64,000 bases of DNA from an uncultured Pelagibacteraceae bacterium (GCA_902587295.1 CACIKS010000001.1:53664-117663), one strand, 5' to 3'. Counted from the first letter of the stretch, positions 47,954 through 58,858 are shown. Notes: generated by a model not told the origin, from the sequence alone. Translations and numbers: made by a program.

Positions 47954-48008
47954 TTTGATTTTTCACAAATTTGTCTTAATTCTTAAGTTTAAATACATTT
48001 TATTAACT

Positions 48009-48191
48009 ATGCAACCAAGATTACAGCCAAGGTCAAGAAGCGGGTCGTCATCGATCAGGACTATTATAAAAATATCAGTAGTCATTTTATTAGTAATTTT
48101 TGGTTTTTATTTCGTTGAAAAAATTAACTTTCCCTCTCCTCAATCAGAAATATCAGAAGATGTCACAGATAAGATTAAAAAACTTAAGTAG
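48009..48191 (+). CDS. Small single-pass membrane protein, 60 aa
   Basis: MQPRLQPRSRSGSSSIRTIIKISVVILLVIFGFYFVEK... I use the internal ATG of ORF 47802..48191, because the upstream part is antisense to aroK. Confidence 0.45.
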   Translation: MQPRLQPRSRSGSSSIRTIIKISVVILLVIFGFYFVEKINFPSPQSEISEDVTDKIKKLK

Positions 48192-49911
48192 CAAAATTTT
48201 AATACTGCTAAGTTTTATATTTTTTTTTGAAACCAAAGCTATATGCGTAGAAGCAGTTGATATTTGGAGTAAAAATAAAAAAAATATAGAAGAAAATAAA
48301 GATGAGAAAATCAATAATGAAAAACCAAAAATCGATTATTTAAAAGAAAAAAATAATTTAGATTTAATTGAAATCTCTGAAACCAAACAAGAAGCTGAAA
48401 CGCAAAAAGAACTATTAGGATTATTCGATCCTGAAAAAAATGATTTAAATCTCAATATGTGGTCTAACACTGAAGGATCATTAATAAGGGATACTTTTAA
48501 GAGAATAGAAAAAATGGAGCTTTCAGACTTTTCGGAAAATATTTTTATTGATACTATTTTTACTTATTCTTATCCACCTAAAGGTAATTTTACTGAGGAA
48601 GAGTTTCTAAATTTAAAAATAAATTGGCTTATTAAAAATAATAAAATTGAGCTTATAGAAAAATTCCTCAATATGAATTTTGATTTTTCAGGAAAATCAA
48701 AATTAATTCAATATTTGGTTGATCATTATATAGCCTCTGGAGATATTTCTTCAAGTTGTGAAAAAGTAACTCATATTAATAAGGAGATCAAAAATAAATA
48801 TTTAGACAAATTTAGAATTTATTGTCTGATTTTAAATAAAAAATATGAACAAGCTCAATTAAATTTTGATCTTTTAAGAGAGGAGGGAAGATCAGAAAAA
48901 TTTTTCAATCAAAAAATTTTATTTTTGCTTGGTTTAGATGAAAAATCAGATAATAAAATTTCTGATAAAAATCTTTTATATTTTTACTTATCTTCGGTAA
49001 CGGTTGAAAATTTCAAATATCAACCGACAGAAAAAACTGACAAAAATATTTGGAAATATCTAACTGCATCAAATTTGATCTCTACAGATAAATTAGAAGA
49101 TCCTGAAATAATTCAAAGATATGAAGTTGCAGCAAATCAAGGTACCTTTGATAAGAACAAAATTTTTGAAATTTATTTATCTGTTCCTTTTAATATTAAC
49201 CAACTTATAAATGCACAAACTGCACATTTAAGCTTATCAGGTTACGAGGCAAGAGCATTAATTTATCAAAAAACCCTACTCGCTGATGATGTTGAAAATA
49301 AATTGAAACTTCTTTTTTTGCTAAAAGATCTATTTGATAAAGATAAATTAAATAATGTTTACAACAATTATCTAAGCAATACTTTAAAATTGATAGAACC
49401 TTCAGATATTCCAGAAAATTTAATTAAAATTGTGGAAAGAAATATAATTTTAGAAAAAAATAAGGAATTAGGCAAGATAAAGTATGATGATAAAGTTTTA
49501 CATCGTTCCAAAGTAATAAAGATTTTTACAGAAGAAAATCCTGATAAAGAAAAAGCAAATAAAGATTTTTTAAATATTTATAAAAAAATAAGCAAAAATA
49601 AAAAATACTTCTTTTCAATCAAAGATGTTATAGTAGTTGAAACTTTGTCCTCAGAAGGTTTTGATATGCCTAAACAACTTGACAATAGGTTACTTTCTAA
49701 TAATTTTACAGTGCCAGCCAATCTAAATGCTCTTATAGACAAAGAAGAAATTGGAATGTTGATGCTTAAACTTACAGAGATTATAGGTAGTGACGATGTT
49801 GAGAGTTTAGATCCAGAAACATTATATTTTATTGTTAATCTTTTAAACAGAGCAAAAATAAAAAAAATTAGAAATAAAATTTTAAATCTCACCCTACCTT
49901 TAAGAGTTTAA
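48160..49911 (+). CDS. Secreted/periplasmic helical-repeat protein of unknown function (583 aa)
   Basis: The start is placed at ATG 48160, giving a signal-peptide-like MSQIRLKNLSSKILILLSFIFFFETKA. The rest is predicted all-alpha by composition. I recognise no motif. Confidence 0.75.
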   Translation: MSQIRLKNLSSKILILLSFIFFFETKAICVEAVDIWSKNKKNIEENKDEKINNEKPKIDYLKEKNNLDLIEISETKQEAETQKELLGLFDPEKNDLNLNMWSNTEGSLIRDTFKRIEKMELSDFSENIFIDTIFTYSYPPKGNFTEEEFLNLKINWLIKNNKIELIEKFLNMNFDFSGKSKLIQYLVDHYIASGDISSSCEKVTHINKEIKNKYLDKFRIYCLILNKKYEQAQLNFDLLREEGRSEKFFNQKILFLLGLDEKSDNKISDKNLLYFYLSSVTVENFKYQPTEKTDKNIWKYLTASNLISTDKLEDPEIIQRYEVAANQGTFDKNKIFEIYLSVPFNINQLINAQTAHLSLSGYEARALIYQKTLLADDVENKLKLLFLLKDLFDKDKLNNVYNNYLSNTLKLIEPSDIPENLIKIVERNIILEKNKELGKIKYDDKVLHRSKVIKIFTEENPDKEKANKDFLNIYKKISKNKKYFFSIKDVIVVETLSSEGFDMPKQLDNRLLSNNFTVPANLNALIDKEEIGMLMLKLTEIIGSDDVESLDPETLYFIVNLLNRAKIKKIRNKILNLTLPLRV

Positions 49912-49929
49912 TTCATATATAAATAATTT

Positions 49930-50454
49930 ATGAATATTAGAAAGATTTTAATATTACCAGATCCTGTATTAAGAAAAAAATCTTTACCGGTTAAAAAAGT
50001 AGACAAGGATATTCAAAACTTGATGGATGATATGTTAGCTACTATGTATGATGCACCAGGAATAGGTTTGGCAGCAATCCAAATTGGAATTTTAAAAAGA
50101 ATAGTGGTGATGGATGTATCAAAAGAACCAGAAAAGAAAGAACCAATGTATCTAATTAATCCAGAAATAACCTGGAAATCAAATGTTAATGCATCCTACG
50201 AAGAGGGATGTCTATCAATTCCAAACCAATTTGCAAAAATTGAAAGACCAGATAAATGTAATATTAAATATTTAGATTATTATGGTAAAAAGAGAGAAAT
50301 TAAAGCCGAAGGTTTGCTAGCAACTTGTATTCAACATGAGATTGATCACTTAAATGGAATATTATTTATTGATTATCTTTCGAAACTTAAGAAAGATATT
50401 ATAGTAAAAAAAATTTCAAAAAATAAAAAAGAATTAGAGAGAATAGTAGTTTAA
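49930..50454 (+). CDS. def: Peptide deformylase
   Basis: GIGLAAIQIG, EGCLSIP, and QHEIDHLNG. Confidence 0.95.
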   Translation: MNIRKILILPDPVLRKKSLPVKKVDKDIQNLMDDMLATMYDAPGIGLAAIQIGILKRIVVMDVSKEPEKKEPMYLINPEITWKSNVNASYEEGCLSIPNQFAKIERPDKCNIKYLDYYGKKREIKAEGLLATCIQHEIDHLNGILFIDYLSKLKKDIIVKKISKNKKELERIVV

Positions 50455-50467
50455 TTTCAAAAATTTA

Positions 50468-51388
50468 ATGTCAAAAAAAATTGTTTTTATGGGAACCCCA
50501 GAGTTTGCGGCCCCATCTTTGGAGTCTTTAAAAAACTCTAATCATAAAATTTTAACTGTTTATACTCAACCTGCCCGTAAAGCTAATAGAGGTCAAAAAC
50601 TAGTTGAATCAAAAATTGAAACATTAGCCAAAAATTTCTCTTATAAATTAAGAACACCAAAAACTTTAAACAGTCAAGAAGAATACGAATTTTTAAATTC
50701 ACTTAATCCTGACTTAGTAGTAGTTGTTGCATATGGTCAAATAATCCCAAAAAAATTTCTAAATATTCCAAAATTTGGATTTTTAAATGTTCATGCCTCA
50801 TTGTTACCAAAGTGGAGGGGAGCCGCTCCTATACAAAGATCTATAATGAATTTAGATAATGAGACCGGTATTAGTATTATGAAAATCGTTGAAGAATTAG
50901 ACGCTGGACCTGTGATACTTCAGGCAAAAGTTAATATAAATGAAAATATAGATAGCCTGATATTATCTAAATTACTTTCTAAATTAGGCGCAAACTCTTT
51001 AATGAAGGCAATTGAAAAAATTGAAAAAAAAGAAGTAATTTTTTATGAACAGAACCATAAAGAAGCTACATATGCACGAAAAATAACAAAAAATGAGGCG
51101 GAGATTATATGGGATCAAAATGCAAAAGAAATAATAGCTAAAGTTAATGGATTAAATCCAAATCCAGGCGCTTGGTTTAAATATAAAAATGAAAGATATA
51201 AGGTATGGAAAGCTCAAATATCAAACGAGAATGGCTTAGCAGGATCAACATTAGATAACAATTTAACCATTGCTTGCAAAGATAAGTCGATCAAAATTAT
51301 TGAAATTCAAAAAGAAGGAAAAAGCAGACAATTAATTGATAATTTTTTACTTGGTAATAAAATCACTAAAGGTGAAAAAATAGCATAA
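50468..51388 (+). CDS. fmt: Methionyl-tRNA formyltransferase
   Basis: IVFMGTPEFA, NVHASLLPKWRGAAPIQR. Confidence 0.95.
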   Translation: MSKKIVFMGTPEFAAPSLESLKNSNHKILTVYTQPARKANRGQKLVESKIETLAKNFSYKLRTPKTLNSQEEYEFLNSLNPDLVVVVAYGQIIPKKFLNIPKFGFLNVHASLLPKWRGAAPIQRSIMNLDNETGISIMKIVEELDAGPVILQAKVNINENIDSLILSKLLSKLGANSLMKAIEKIEKKEVIFYEQNHKEATYARKITKNEAEIIWDQNAKEIIAKVNGLNPNPGAWFKYKNERYKVWKAQISNENGLAGSTLDNNLTIACKDKSIKIIEIQKEGKSRQLIDNFLLGNKITKGEKIA

Positions 51389-52128
51389 TGCTCACATACC
51401 AAATTAAAGTTGAATATCTCGGTACAAATTTTGTTGGTTGGCAAATTCAAAGAAATGGTCTTTCGATCCAAGAAGTTTTAGAAAAAGTTATATCAAGACA
51501 TTTAAAAGAAAATATTAGAATAATTGGTTCTGGTCGAACTGACTCAGGCGTTCATGCAAGTGAGCAATCAGCTCATTTTAAAACAAAAAAAAAGATAAAT
51601 GAAAAAGGCATTTTTATAAATTCGATAAATTTTTTTATGAAAAAACACTCTGTTTCACTACTTAATATCCAGAAAAGATCAAACAATTTTCATGCAAGAC
51701 ACAGCGCAAAAGAGAGAACTTATAAGTATTTTATTATCAATAGACCTTCACATCTTGTTATTCATAAAGATAAAGCTTGGCACATTAAAAAAAGACTTGA
51801 TGTAAAAATTATGCGCAAAGGTGCAGGAATTTTAAGAGGAACACATAATTTCTCAACATTTAGATCATCGAATTGTCAGGCTAAATCTCCAATCAAGACT
51901 TTAAGAAAAATTTTAATTAAAAAAAATAAAAATAATATAGTTTTAACTTTTAAGTCAAAATCTTTTTTACAACAACAAGTAAGATCAATGGTGGGCTCTT
52001 TAAAATATTTGGGAGAGGGAAAATGGGATTTAAAAGATTTCAAAAAAGCATTCCTTTCAAAAAAAAGATCAATGTGTGCACCACCGGCACCGGCTTGTGG
52101 ACTTTATTTAGCAAAGGTAAAATATTAA
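51388..52128 (+). CDS. truA: tRNA pseudouridine(38-40) synthase
   Basis: GSGRTDSGVHA catalytic Asp motif, plus YLGTNFVGWQIQ. Confidence 0.93.
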   Translation: MLTYQIKVEYLGTNFVGWQIQRNGLSIQEVLEKVISRHLKENIRIIGSGRTDSGVHASEQSAHFKTKKKINEKGIFINSINFFMKKHSVSLLNIQKRSNNFHARHSAKERTYKYFIINRPSHLVIHKDKAWHIKKRLDVKIMRKGAGILRGTHNFSTFRSSNCQAKSPIKTLRKILIKKNKNNIVLTFKSKSFLQQQVRSMVGSLKYLGEGKWDLKDFKKAFLSKKRSMCAPPAPACGLYLAKVKY

Positions 52129-52146
52129 GTGTACTTTAATTGTTGC

Positions 52147-53067
52147 TTAATTTTCCTGTAAAGCATTTAAGTGGTATTCGGAGCTTTCTCTTAAGGCTTT
52201 TAAATCATAACCGCCTTCTAGAATTGAAACAACTTTGCTGTTAATATTTTCATTTGCGACCATAAGAGCTCTTTTTGTAATATGGTAAAAATCACTAGAT
52301 TTTAATTTAAATTGTGCAAGAGGATCATCTTGATGAGCATCAAAACCTGCTGAAAATAATAAAAATTCTGGTTTAAATTCTCTCATTTTTTTTAATACGT
52401 GTTCATACGCATTCATATATTCCTCAGAATTGGTACCAGCTGGCAATGGAATATTTAAAATATTATTGTGTTTACCTTTCTCATTATTTGCACCTGTTCC
52501 TGGGTAAAAAGGATATTGATGAGTTGATATATATAAAACCTTTTCATTTTCATAAAAAATATTTTGAGTCCCATTTCCATGATGAACATCAAAATCAATT
52601 ATAGCCACTTTATTTAATTTATATTTTTCTAAAAGATAGAGAGCACCTACCGCTACATTATTGTAAATACAAAACCCCATTGCTTTATCTTTTTCAGCAT
52701 GGTGTCCCGGTGGTCTTACAGGACAAAAAACATTTTTAAACTCTTTTTTTTGAACACTATCAATAGCAGTTATTATTGATGCAACTGCATCTGATGAAGC
52801 TTGTCTGCTACCTGGAGACACAATAGTATCACCATCTAAAAAATGTAAACCCTTTTTAGGAAAGGAATTTTCTACCTCATCAATATAATCAGAATTGTGA
52901 GCAATTTTTAAATATTTGCTGTCAAACTTTAATGGTTTTTTCCAAATTAATTTTTTGTTTTTTTTTAAATTTTCAATTATGACTGAAACTCGATCTGCCC
53001 TTTCAGGATGACCCTGTCCAGTATCATGATTTAAATAAGAGTCGGTAGTAACAATTCCTGTTTTCAC
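52147..53067 (-). CDS. Histone deacetylase-family amidohydrolase
   Basis: RPPGHHA, DFDVHHGNGTQ, and EGGY. Confidence 0.88.
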   Translation of the reverse strand: MKTGIVTTDSYLNHDTGQGHPERADRVSVIIENLKKNKKLIWKKPLKFDSKYLKIAHNSDYIDEVENSFPKKGLHFLDGDTIVSPGSRQASSDAVASIITAIDSVQKKEFKNVFCPVRPPGHHAEKDKAMGFCIYNNVAVGALYLLEKYKLNKVAIIDFDVHHGNGTQNIFYENEKVLYISTHQYPFYPGTGANNEKGKHNNILNIPLPAGTNSEEYMNAYEHVLKKMREFKPEFLLFSAGFDAHQDDPLAQFKLKSSDFYHITKRALMVANENINSKVVSILEGGYDLKALRESSEYHLNALQEN

Positions 53068-54203
53068 TTAAAATAACTTACCAAAATATTTTCATATATT
53101 TTAGTCAATTTTTTTAAATCGGAAACAGATACACTCTCGTCTATTTTATGCATTGTCTTACCTACTAAACCAAATTCTAAACAGGGCGCAATATTCTTTA
53201 TAAACCTTGCATCAGATGTTCCCCCTGAAGTAGATAATTTTGGTTTTATACCAGTGATTTTTTTTATAGTATTTTGAATCATAAAAGTTGTTTTATTTGG
53301 TTTCGTTAAAAATGCTTCTGCTGAAACCTCATAATATACTTTGAATTTGGATTTATTAGCTTTTGTAATTGCTTTAAATATTTTATTTAATTTTTTTTTT
53401 AAAGAACCAGAAGAGTGTTTGTCATTAAAGCGTATGTTAAATACAGCTTCGGCAGATCCTGGGATTATGTTATCTGCATAATTGTCAATATTTATTTTTG
53501 TTACCTCTAAATTAGAGGGTTGAAAATTTTTTGTTCCTTTATCTAGTTTTAAATCTTTTATTCTTTTTAAAATTTTAATTATAGTATTTGATGGATTGTT
53601 AGCTCTATGTGGATAGGCTACGTGACCTTGTGAACCTATTACAGTGATTCTTCCAGTTAAGCTTCCTCTTCTTCCGATTTTTATCATTTCGCCAAGTTTA
53701 TTCGGATTTGTAGGTTCACCAACTACGCAAAAATTAATTTTTTCTTTTCTTCTTTTTAAATATTTAACAACTCTTTTTGTTCCATTAATTGCTATTCCTT
53801 CCTCATCTCCTGTAATCAATAAACTTATTGATCCTTTAAAATTTTTATTTCTAATTTTAAATCTACTTACAGCGGCAACAAAACACGCAATCGATGCTTT
53901 CATATCATTTGCGCCTCGACCGAATAATTTGTTATTTTTAACAATTGGCCTAAATGGATTAGTAGTCCAGTTTTTTAAATTACCTGGAGGAACTACATCT
54001 GTATGTCCCGCATAACAAAAATTTGGGGAAGATTTTCCCAGTTTTGCATATAAATTTTTTATGTTTTTGAAATTAATTATTTTACAATTAAAACCAATTG
54101 ATCTCAAATTTTTAGCTAACAATTTTATTGCTCCAGCATCCTTTGGCGTGATACTAGGTTTCCGAATCAAATCTTTTGCTAACCTTAATTCATTTATTTC
54201 CAT
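53064..54203 (-). CDS. dapE: Succinyl-diaminopimelate desuccinylase
   Basis: M20 peptidase motifs: AGHTDVVP, GRGANDMK, and GDEEG. Confidence 0.92.
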   Translation of the reverse strand: MEINELRLAKDLIRKPSITPKDAGAIKLLAKNLRSIGFNCKIINFKNIKNLYAKLGKSSPNFCYAGHTDVVPPGNLKNWTTNPFRPIVKNNKLFGRGANDMKASIACFVAAVSRFKIRNKNFKGSISLLITGDEEGIAINGTKRVVKYLKRRKEKINFCVVGEPTNPNKLGEMIKIGRRGSLTGRITVIGSQGHVAYPHRANNPSNTIIKILKRIKDLKLDKGTKNFQPSNLEVTKINIDNYADNIIPGSAEAVFNIRFNDKHSSGSLKKKLNKIFKAITKANKSKFKVYYEVSAEAFLTKPNKTTFMIQNTIKKITGIKPKLSTSGGTSDARFIKNIAPCLEFGLVGKTMHKIDESVSVSDLKKLTKIYENILVSYFK

Positions 54204-54208
54204 TAATT

Positions 54209-55033
54209 TTAGTCTCTTAATAAATCGTTTATAGATGTTTTACTTCGAGTTTTTTCGTCTACTTTTTTTACAATTACTACACAGTATAGCGATGGTCCTT
54301 TTGGATTATTTTTGCTTGGCATTGAGCCTGGAACAACTACTGAGTATGCAGGAACCTTTCCATAATGAATCTCACCATTAGATCTATCTACTATTCTTGT
54401 AGATGCACCGATATAAACACCCATTGATAACACAGATCCTTTTTCGACTATAACACCCTCTGCTATCTCAGCTCTTGCGCCTAAAAAACAATTGTCCTCA
54501 ACTATAGTTGGATTTGCTTGCATTGGTTCTAAGACACCACCAATACCAGCACCGCCAGAAATATGGCAATTTTTACCAACCTGCGCACATGACCCGACTG
54601 ATGCCCAAGTATCTATCATTGTTCCTTCGTCGACGTAGGCTCCTACATTTATAAAAGATGGCATTAGAACAACATTCTTTGCTATGTGAGCTCCTTTTCT
54701 AATTACACCATTAGGCACATATCTAAATCCAGCCCTCTTAACCTGTTCCTCACTCCACCCTTGGGTTTTACCATCTATTTTATCGTACCAAGTTGAATAA
54801 GGTCCTTTGGATGCTTTCATTTTATTAACTCGAAAACTTAAAAGTATAGCTTTTTTAATCCATTGATTTACTTTCCATTTTTCGCCTGTCTTTTCAGCAA
54901 CTCTAATTTTACCACTATCTAATAAGTCAATTGTTTCCCGAACTAATTCAGCAAGCTCTTTATCAGAGCTGTTTAATTTAGCTTTATTTTCAAAAGCTTC
55001 ATTTATAGATTTTTCAATTTTTTTTAAGTTCAT
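54209..55033 (-). CDS. dapD: Tetrahydrodipicolinate N-succinyltransferase
   Basis: 274 aa with hexapeptide repeats and the DapD N-terminal domain. Confidence 0.95.
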   Translation of the reverse strand: MNLKKIEKSINEAFENKAKLNSSDKELAELVRETIDLLDSGKIRVAEKTGEKWKVNQWIKKAILLSFRVNKMKASKGPYSTWYDKIDGKTQGWSEEQVKRAGFRYVPNGVIRKGAHIAKNVVLMPSFINVGAYVDEGTMIDTWASVGSCAQVGKNCHISGGAGIGGVLEPMQANPTIVEDNCFLGARAEIAEGVIVEKGSVLSMGVYIGASTRIVDRSNGEIHYGKVPAYSVVVPGSMPSKNNPKGPSLYCVVIVKKVDEKTRSKTSINDLLRD

Positions 55034-55685
55034 TTATTTCCTTTAAAAAAGCAGTTAAGTCTGCCGTTCTATAATTTACAAAATTTTCATTTGAATATTT
55101 CGCTGCCCAAGGTTCATTATTTTTAATCCAAACAGTTTTCATACCTAATTCATACGCAGGTTTCAAATTTCTCGCAATATCCTCAATAAATATACAATAT
55201 TGTGGCTCAATTTTGTATTTATCAATTAATCTTTTGTAAGTTTCGATAGCAGGTTTTGGGATAAAATCTGAGTCTACAATATCAAAAATTCCGTCAAAAA
55301 GCTTATTAATTCCAATTCTTTTAGTGACATTCTCGGCATGAGCACGGGAACCGTTGGTGAATATAATTTTTTTATCTTTTATTTTACTAAGCTCCATTTC
55401 TAAAGCTTTGTCATTTTTAAGAAATTCTAAATCAATATCATGAACAAAATCTAAAAATTCTTTTGCATCTATCTCATGATTTTTAATCATACCATTCAAA
55501 GTTGTATTATATTCATGGAAATAATTTTTCTGTATTTTTTTAGCTTCCTCTATACTCACATTTAGTTTACTTGAAATATATTTAGACATTCGTTTGTCAA
55601 CTTGATCAAAAACTTTCGTATCGCCTGAATAAAGTGTATTATCTAGGTCGAATAGCCAGTACTTTATATGTAACAGATCTCTCAT
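55014..55685 (-). CDS. HAD-superfamily pyrimidine 5'-nucleotidase-like hydrolase
   Basis: The HAD motif I is present as FDLDNTLY, and FIEDIARNL is motif IV-like. It overlaps dapD by 20 nt. Confidence 0.8.
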   Translation of the reverse strand: MRDLLHIKYWLFDLDNTLYSGDTKVFDQVDKRMSKYISSKLNVSIEEAKKIQKNYFHEYNTTLNGMIKNHEIDAKEFLDFVHDIDLEFLKNDKALEMELSKIKDKKIIFTNGSRAHAENVTKRIGINKLFDGIFDIVDSDFIPKPAIETYKRLIDKYKIEPQYCIFIEDIARNLKPAYELGMKTVWIKNNEPWAAKYSNENFVNYRTADLTAFLKEINELKKN

Positions 55686-56551
55686 TTTCTTATTAAAGTA
55701 CCTGCACCTTGATCCGAGAAAATTTCTTTTAATATTGACCTTGGCTTCCTTCCATCAAGAATAACAACCCCTTTAACCCCATTTTCAACTGCATCTATAC
55801 AATTTTTAATTTTTGGAAGCATTCCACCCTGAACAATTTTTAGATTAACCAAATTTTCCATATCGTATGGTTTTATTTCAGATATCAAAGTTTTTCTGTC
55901 ATCATAAACTCCTTCAACATTGGTCATTAACAAAAGTCTTCTAGATTTTAATTTTTTGGCAATTGCACTCGCTGCAGTATCTCCATTAATATTATAAGTC
56001 TGTTTGTTTTTATCTAAACCTAGTGGAGCAACGATTGGTATTTGATTTTGACTAATAATATTTTTAATTATTTCTATGTTTATTTCCTTAGGAACCCCAA
56101 CAAAACCGAGCTCAGGTTGATCAGGAATTACATTAATAATATTATTTTTCTTTGTATTAATTGATACCGCTTTTGATCCTTTTTTATTAAGTGAGTCGAC
56201 AATATCATTATTAAAATCAATAAGTACCTTTTCAACAATATCTATTACATCTTTATTTGTAATTCTTAAACCATTAATAAACTTACTTTGAATATTACTT
56301 TTTTTTAACTCTCTTTCTATTCTTGGACCTCCACCATGCACAATTATAATTGAAAGACCCAACTTATTTAATATGCTTATATCTTGTATAAAATTATTAA
56401 AAATATTTCTTTCGATCAAAACATTTCCACCATACTTTATAACAATCAAATTCTTTTTATATTTTTTTATATATTTGGGGACATTATTTACATCCGGTGC
56501 ATCTTTGGGCCAAAATTTTTTTATTTCCTCTAAGCTAATTTCTTCAGACAT
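55682..56551 (-). CDS. argB: Acetylglutamate kinase
   Basis: IVIKYGGN, VHGGGP, and NINGDTAA. Confidence 0.95.
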   Translation of the reverse strand: MSEEISLEEIKKFWPKDAPDVNNVPKYIKKYKKNLIVIKYGGNVLIERNIFNNFIQDISILNKLGLSIIIVHGGGPRIERELKKSNIQSKFINGLRITNKDVIDIVEKVLIDFNNDIVDSLNKKGSKAVSINTKKNNIINVIPDQPELGFVGVPKEINIEIIKNIISQNQIPIVAPLGLDKNKQTYNINGDTAASAIAKKLKSRRLLLMTNVEGVYDDRKTLISEIKPYDMENLVNLKIVQGGMLPKIKNCIDAVENGVKGVVILDGRKPRSILKEIFSDQGAGTLIRK

Positions 56552-58246
56552 TTATTTGGTTTTAACTGTTGTTCTCTTCATAATTACCCACTGTTGAGCA
56601 ATTGTTAAAATATTATTAATTGTCCAATAAACAACAAGTCCTGAAGGAAATGGTGCAAGAATAATAGTTAAAAAAAGAGGGAAGAACATAAATATTTTTG
56701 CTTGGATAGGGTCTGGAGGCGTTGGGTTTAACTTCTGTTGTAAATACATAGTTGCTCCCATCATTATTGGCCATGCCCCAATAATTAAAAAAGAAGGAGG
56801 ATCCCAAGGTATCAAGCCAAAAAAATTGAATATTGATGTTGGATCTTGTGCTGACAAATCTTTTATCCAACCAAAAAATGGCTGATGTCTCATTTCGAGT
56901 GAAATGAATAGCATTTTATATATAGCAAAAAAGAAAGGTATCTGTATTAAAATTGGAAGACATCCAGATAATGGGTTTACTTTTTCTCTTTTATAAAGTG
57001 CCATCATTTCTTGTTGAAGCTTAACCTTGTCTTCCTTATGCAGTTCTTTTAATCTTAATAGTTCGGGTTGTAATATTTTCATTTTTGCCATTGATCTAAA
57101 TGAATAATTGGCAAGAGGGAAAAATAACAACCTAACTGCTGCAGTTACTAAAAGAATAGCTATCCCAAAGTTTTTTGTAAGTTCGAACAAATAATTCATT
57201 ATAAAAAACAAAGGCTTGGTGAAAAAATAGAACCAACCCCAATCGATGGCTAAATCAAATTTATTTATACTTTGTGTTTCTGCATACCCGTCGATTACTT
57301 TAACCTCTTTCGCTGCAACAAATACTTTAGACTCTGATGTCCCAGTCCCAGAAGGCTGAATGACTACTGGTTTGTTTTGAATGTAGTTTGCCTTAAAACC
57401 ATTTTTGTAAGCAAACTCACCTTTAAAAGATTGATTTTTTTCAGGAACAAGTGCTGTTAACCAATATTTATCAGTGATTCCAAGCCAACCTTCCCCAGCG
57501 GAGTATTCTTTCTTTTTATCTTTAACGTCATCATAACCATCCTCTTGCAAACTTTCATCGAAAACACCGATAAATCCCTCATGTAAAATATAAAAATCTA
57601 ATACATCTGGATCTTGATTTCTTGTTATCTGGGCGTAAGGATAAAGCTCAACTCTTTTACTTGAATTATTTTGAACTTCCTGGGTAATTTTAAACAAAAA
57701 CTTTTCATCTAATTCTATTTTCTTTCTAAATATTAATCCTGATTTATTTTTCCACTCAGCTGTAACTGGATTCCCTACTGAAAGTTTATTATTTCCCACA
57801 ACTTTCCATAAAGAGTTTTTTGTGGGAAGAGATGCATTAGTAATTTTACTTGCTGCCCATCCAGTTTCAACAAAATATCCGTCATTTGTTTCTGAAGGAT
57901 TTAAATATTTAACTTTTTCATTTGAATCAATTTCTTTATTATATTTTTTAAAAAGAATGTCATCTATCAAAAATCCCTTTAATGAAATTGAACCCTTTAC
58001 GTTTTCATTTTCAAAATTTATTCTTTTTGATGAGTTAATCGCATCTTCTCTTGATATGCTCAGAACTTTTTCTTTTTCAATACTCACATTAGGAACATCA
58101 GAACTATTATTTTCAGTATTTGTTGAACTTTTAGACTGTTCTAATTTTCTTTGTTCCTCTATTTGTGGAGTTTCAAAAATTACTGACCAACCAAATAAAA
58201 CTGCAAATGATAGCGCGATTGCAAATATAACGTTTCTCAAATCCAT
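56552..58246 (-). CDS. yidC: Membrane protein insertase YidC
   Basis: 564 aa with an N-terminal TM helix, a large periplasmic domain, and a conserved C-terminal 5-TM core (CLPILIQIPFFFA). Confidence 0.95.
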   Translation of the reverse strand: MDLRNVIFAIALSFAVLFGWSVIFETPQIEEQRKLEQSKSSTNTENNSSDVPNVSIEKEKVLSISREDAINSSKRINFENENVKGSISLKGFLIDDILFKKYNKEIDSNEKVKYLNPSETNDGYFVETGWAASKITNASLPTKNSLWKVVGNNKLSVGNPVTAEWKNKSGLIFRKKIELDEKFLFKITQEVQNNSSKRVELYPYAQITRNQDPDVLDFYILHEGFIGVFDESLQEDGYDDVKDKKKEYSAGEGWLGITDKYWLTALVPEKNQSFKGEFAYKNGFKANYIQNKPVVIQPSGTGTSESKVFVAAKEVKVIDGYAETQSINKFDLAIDWGWFYFFTKPLFFIMNYLFELTKNFGIAILLVTAAVRLLFFPLANYSFRSMAKMKILQPELLRLKELHKEDKVKLQQEMMALYKREKVNPLSGCLPILIQIPFFFAIYKMLFISLEMRHQPFFGWIKDLSAQDPTSIFNFFGLIPWDPPSFLIIGAWPIMMGATMYLQQKLNPTPPDPIQAKIFMFFPLFLTIILAPFPSGLVVYWTINNILTIAQQWVIMKRTTVKTK

Positions 58247-58495
58247 TTAATTTTTTTTCTTTTTTGGCACAAGATCTATTCCAGAATTACCCCCTAAAAT
58301 TTTAACTGGATGACATTTGATTATTCTTTTGAAGCCTAAATACGTACCTTTTAAAGGACCGTGTAATTCTAAAGACTCTATAAAATACTCTGAGCAAGTT
58401 GGTAAAAATCTACAATTTTGACCCAGAATTGGAGAGATTAAAAATTTATAAGTTTTAATTATACCAACTAAAATAAAATTTATTATTTTTATCAT
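58247..58495 (-). CDS. yidD: Membrane protein insertion efficiency factor YidD
   Basis: YKFLISPILGQNCRFLPTCSEY is the canonical YidD sequence. Confidence 0.9.
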   Translation of the reverse strand: MIKIINFILVGIIKTYKFLISPILGQNCRFLPTCSEYFIESLELHGPLKGTYLGFKRIIKCHPVKILGGNSGIDLVPKKKKN

Positions 58496-58851
58496 TATTC
58501 CTTGTTAATTTTTTTAAAACTTTGTTCCATACTTTTAAATAATGAATTACTATGTTCACTATAAATTTTCTCTTTACCAAAAATTATATAAATATAATTT
58601 AAGTTAATTGAATTACTAACTTTTAACATTTTTTGAACTACGCCTTTTAACTTTCTTTTAATTCTGTTTCTTTTAACAGCATTTCCAACTTTTTTTTTCA
58701 TAACAAAGCTTATATATAATTTTTTTTGATTACTTGCTTTTTTTATAAAATTTTTTTTACGATATATAGTATAAAAATCGTTATTTAAGACTCTGTTTTT
58801 TAAAACAGTCCCAAAATGTGAACTTTTCTTCAAGCTTTCAAGTCTTGTCAT
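58495..58851 (-). CDS. rnpA: Ribonuclease P protein component
   Basis: Basic 118-aa protein with KKVGNAVKRNRIKR. The start is placed at ATG 58851, because the longer ORF-track N-terminus overlaps rpmH in another frame. Confidence 0.85.
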   Translation of the reverse strand: MTRLESLKKSSHFGTVLKNRVLNNDFYTIYRKKNFIKKASNQKKLYISFVMKKKVGNAVKRNRIKRKLKGVVQKMLKVSNSINLNYIYIIFGKEKIYSEHSNSLFKSMEQSFKKINKE

Positions 58852-58858
58852 TGTATAT

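Noticed and set aside
47965-47974. 10-bp palindrome ACAAATTTGT upstream of aroK
   Set aside because: It is short and AT-rich, and is expected by chance many times in this composition.
47802-48008. N-terminal 69 codons of ORF 47802..48191
   Set aside because: This part is antisense to the aroK P-loop region. Only the portion from ATG 48009, in true intergenic DNA, looks like a gene.
53644-54015. 123-aa plus-strand ORF inside dapE. Similar antisense ORFs lie at 1023-1256, 1638-1886, 8770-9150, 13527-13862, 16745-17137, 22359-22727, 26975-27244, 27878-28222, 35434-36363, 57822-58250, 62061-62369 and 62547-62834.
   Set aside because: All lie fully inside, and antisense to or out of frame with, strongly supported conserved genes. 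None shows a recognisable motif.
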